Shown: piece by piece, positions 30,406 through 32,000 of the stretch | How positions within the stretch are numbered: the first letter of the stretch is position 1 | Layout: every line of letters begins with the position of its first letter | NCBI GenBank assembly: GCA_000175855.1 | Contig: ACYB01000021.1 | Location: 30,001-62,000 of the forward strand | From: Raphidiopsis brookii D9 | GTDB taxonomy: Bacteria > Cyanobacteriota > Cyanobacteriia > Cyanobacteriales > Nostocaceae | Reading direction: 5' to 3' | DNA: 32,000 nt | The notes under the pieces: generated by a model | What the model was told of the DNA's origin: nothing | Databases searched by the model: none | Seen by the model: the letters and a program-made list of their open reading frames with translations, nothing else | Translations under genes and position numbers: made by a program

Positions 30406-32000
30406 GATTCATTCTCAGATAAGCGCTCGAAAGCTGGACAGTATCCTTCAAGAGTAACCTTAAAGTTATATAATGGGGCAGCGGCATTCCAACACCGTTG
30501 CCCTCTTTGGTGTTTACAAGTTCCACAGCATTCAATTTCGGACCAGTTATAGTGGTATTTACTTCTGGCGGTGTCTAAACTGTTCCTGTTTAATAAATAT
30601 CTTTGGGATAAACCTTTTATAACTAAATCTTCTCCCTGCCAACGGGCTTCTACTAACCCAGTATCAGCAAAATCCTGCCAACGTGGATCCTCTCTAATTT
30701 CTCTGGGCAAGATAATGGTAATAATTGTTTCTAGTTCGGTTAATTCCCCCTGGTAATTGGCTTCTGCGACTGGGGGGGGGGATTGTATTAGTGTTTCCCC
30801 AATTGGCAATTCAACCAAGGTTCCCCCAAGGGGTGAGTGTACGTGATAACGATTTTGTAGTTCTTCTAGGGTAGTTAGGTCAGCTAAGTAAGTGGGATCA
30901 CCATGAATAAATACCACGTGCTGGGGACGTAAGTTATGAATTAATTGGGTTGTCCCCGGTCCATCACTATGCTGAGCTAAAAGGTATGTTTCTGTTTGAA
31001 CCAGGGGGTTTTCTAGATCACTGGCCATCTTTTCTGGGAATAAAACCACCCAGGAAGCACCATCCCCCTGGTTAATATATTTATTTAAATCCGATTTATA
31101 ATCCGTTAGTACAATGCAGGGTGGACTTCCCAGGGTGTCTAAATCCTCAACCTTTAGTCGTCGCACCCGAGGACGCACTCGCTCATCCCAAAATAAGGGT
31201 TGGTGACGAGCAAAATTCTGTACTGATGCAGGTAAATGGGATAAAAGCCCTAAATAAGCGTCACACCCAGTTGATACTTCGCCATCAACCCAAATATCTA
31301 TGTCCTGTCCAGTGAAATGATGGTGAGAGCGTAACAACATCAACAATTCCTGACCTAACCCCAGCGCTGGTGTAGGTAGCAGCACAGAGGACCTATCTAT
31401 GATGGCCCGATTGATTCTTTCGGCGATTTGATTTTCCTGATGACGACGATGGGGGTGGCGAGATGTTCCGTAACTACCCTCAATTAACAGCACATCCAAA
31501 TTTAAACCCCTGAGTTCTTCTAATCTTAGACCATCTACCAACCGGGAGTTAGAAAGGAAAAAATCCCCTGTGTAGAGTAGTTTGTAGTCTCTTTCTGGAC
31601 TCTGGTAGGTGAGTAAAATTGCCACAGCACCAGGAAGATGACCAGCAGGGAATAATTCCACCACTAGACCTTCTTGTACTTCAACAGGCGATCGCAAAGG
31701 GAGTGCTTGACAAAAGGTAATATTTTCTGCTGCTCCCAATTCTGTCCAGTTTAAGGGTAACAACTTACTAGTTACTTCACTAGTATAAATAGGCAATAAA
31801 GGGAAGGCGCGATTTAGTGATAGCAGTCCCCGGCAGTGATCTGGGTGTGCGTGGCTAATCAAGACCAGATCTGCTGGTGAGTTTTTCTTAGTGATGGAAG
31901 AAATATCAGCCGCACCGCAGTCTAGGAGAATGCGGTGGGGACCCATTCTGACTATGACACACACCCCCTCATCCTCATGCTGAACACTATAGAGTAAACA
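30402..32000 (-). CDS. MBL-fold metallo-hydrolase, beta-CASP/RNA-specificity-like; N-terminus outside the window
   Basis: LVLISHAHPDHCRGLL (HxHxDH), LLYTGDFFLSNSRLVDG, DVLLIEGSYGTSRHP, VVFIHGD. The frame stays open past the supplied GTG start to the window edge (...CLLYSVQHEDEGVCVIVRMGPHRILLDCG), so the 5' end lies beyond base 32000. Confidence 0.9.
   Translation of the reverse strand, partial: CLLYSVQHEDEGVCVIVRMGPHRILLDCGAADISSITKKNSPADLVLISHAHPDHCRGLLSLNRAFPLLPIYTSEVTSKLLPLNWTELGAAENITFCQALPLRSPVEVQEGLVVELFPAGHLPGAVAILLTYQSPERDYKLLYTGDFFLSNSRLVDGLRLEELRGLNLDVLLIEGSYGTSRHPHRRHQENQIAERINRAIIDRSSVLLPTPALGLGQELLMLLRSHHHFTGQDIDIWVDGEVSTGCDAYLGLLSHLPASVQNFARHQPLFWDERVRPRVRRLKVEDLDTLGSPPCIVLTDYKSDLNKYINQGDGASWVVLFPEKMASDLENPLVQTETYLLAQHSDGPGTTQLIHNLRPQHVVFIHGDPTYLADLTTLEELQNRYHVHSPLGGTLVELPIGETLIQSPPPVAEANYQGELTELETIITIILPREIREDPRWQDFADTGLVEARWQGEDLVIKGLSQRYLLNRNSLDTARSKYHYNWSEIECCGTCKHQRGQRCWNAAAPLYNFKVTLEGYCPAFERLSENES
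30772..30781. repeat. G10 homopolymer (C10 on the coding strand) inside the MBL-fold hydrolase gene
   Basis: Direct read: cgact gggggggggg attg. Encodes S-P-P-P in frame. Confidence 0.95.

Overview
The window looks like ordinary core chromosome from a Nostocales-type, probably heterocyst-forming, cyanobacterium. The taxonomic placement is inferred from dense GCGATCGC (HIP1) octamers, an Flv3/Flv1-type flavodiiron pair and a cphB-cphA locus. In window order, the genes are: 3'-part of a radical SAM/DUF2344 protein, rne, rnhB, ribBA(-), argC, eno(-), glyoxalase I, clpB, a flavodiiron pair (-), coaX, alpha/beta hydrolase(-), NUDIX(-), a small basic protein, argH(-), larB(-), an ABC substrate-binding lipoprotein(-), ispF(-), trmD(-), cyanophycinase cphB, cyanophycin synthetase cphA, cobalamin cbiET/cobL(-), a doubtful small ORF, a DUF6679-like small protein, and an MBL-fold hydrolase(-) running off the right edge. 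I found no CRISPR array, transposase, phage, toxin-antitoxin or defence module, and no convincing undescribed multigene system. The observations most worth a second look are small-scale: a possible SD-masking structure upstream of rne, a G10 homopolymer inside the MBL hydrolase gene, a 15-bp tandem duplication of the trmD start, larB placed 4 nt behind an SBP_bac_5-like lipoprotein gene, a near-perfect palindrome upstream of argC, and repeats around the cph genes. All family names come from recognising motifs and sequence by eye. No database search was run.
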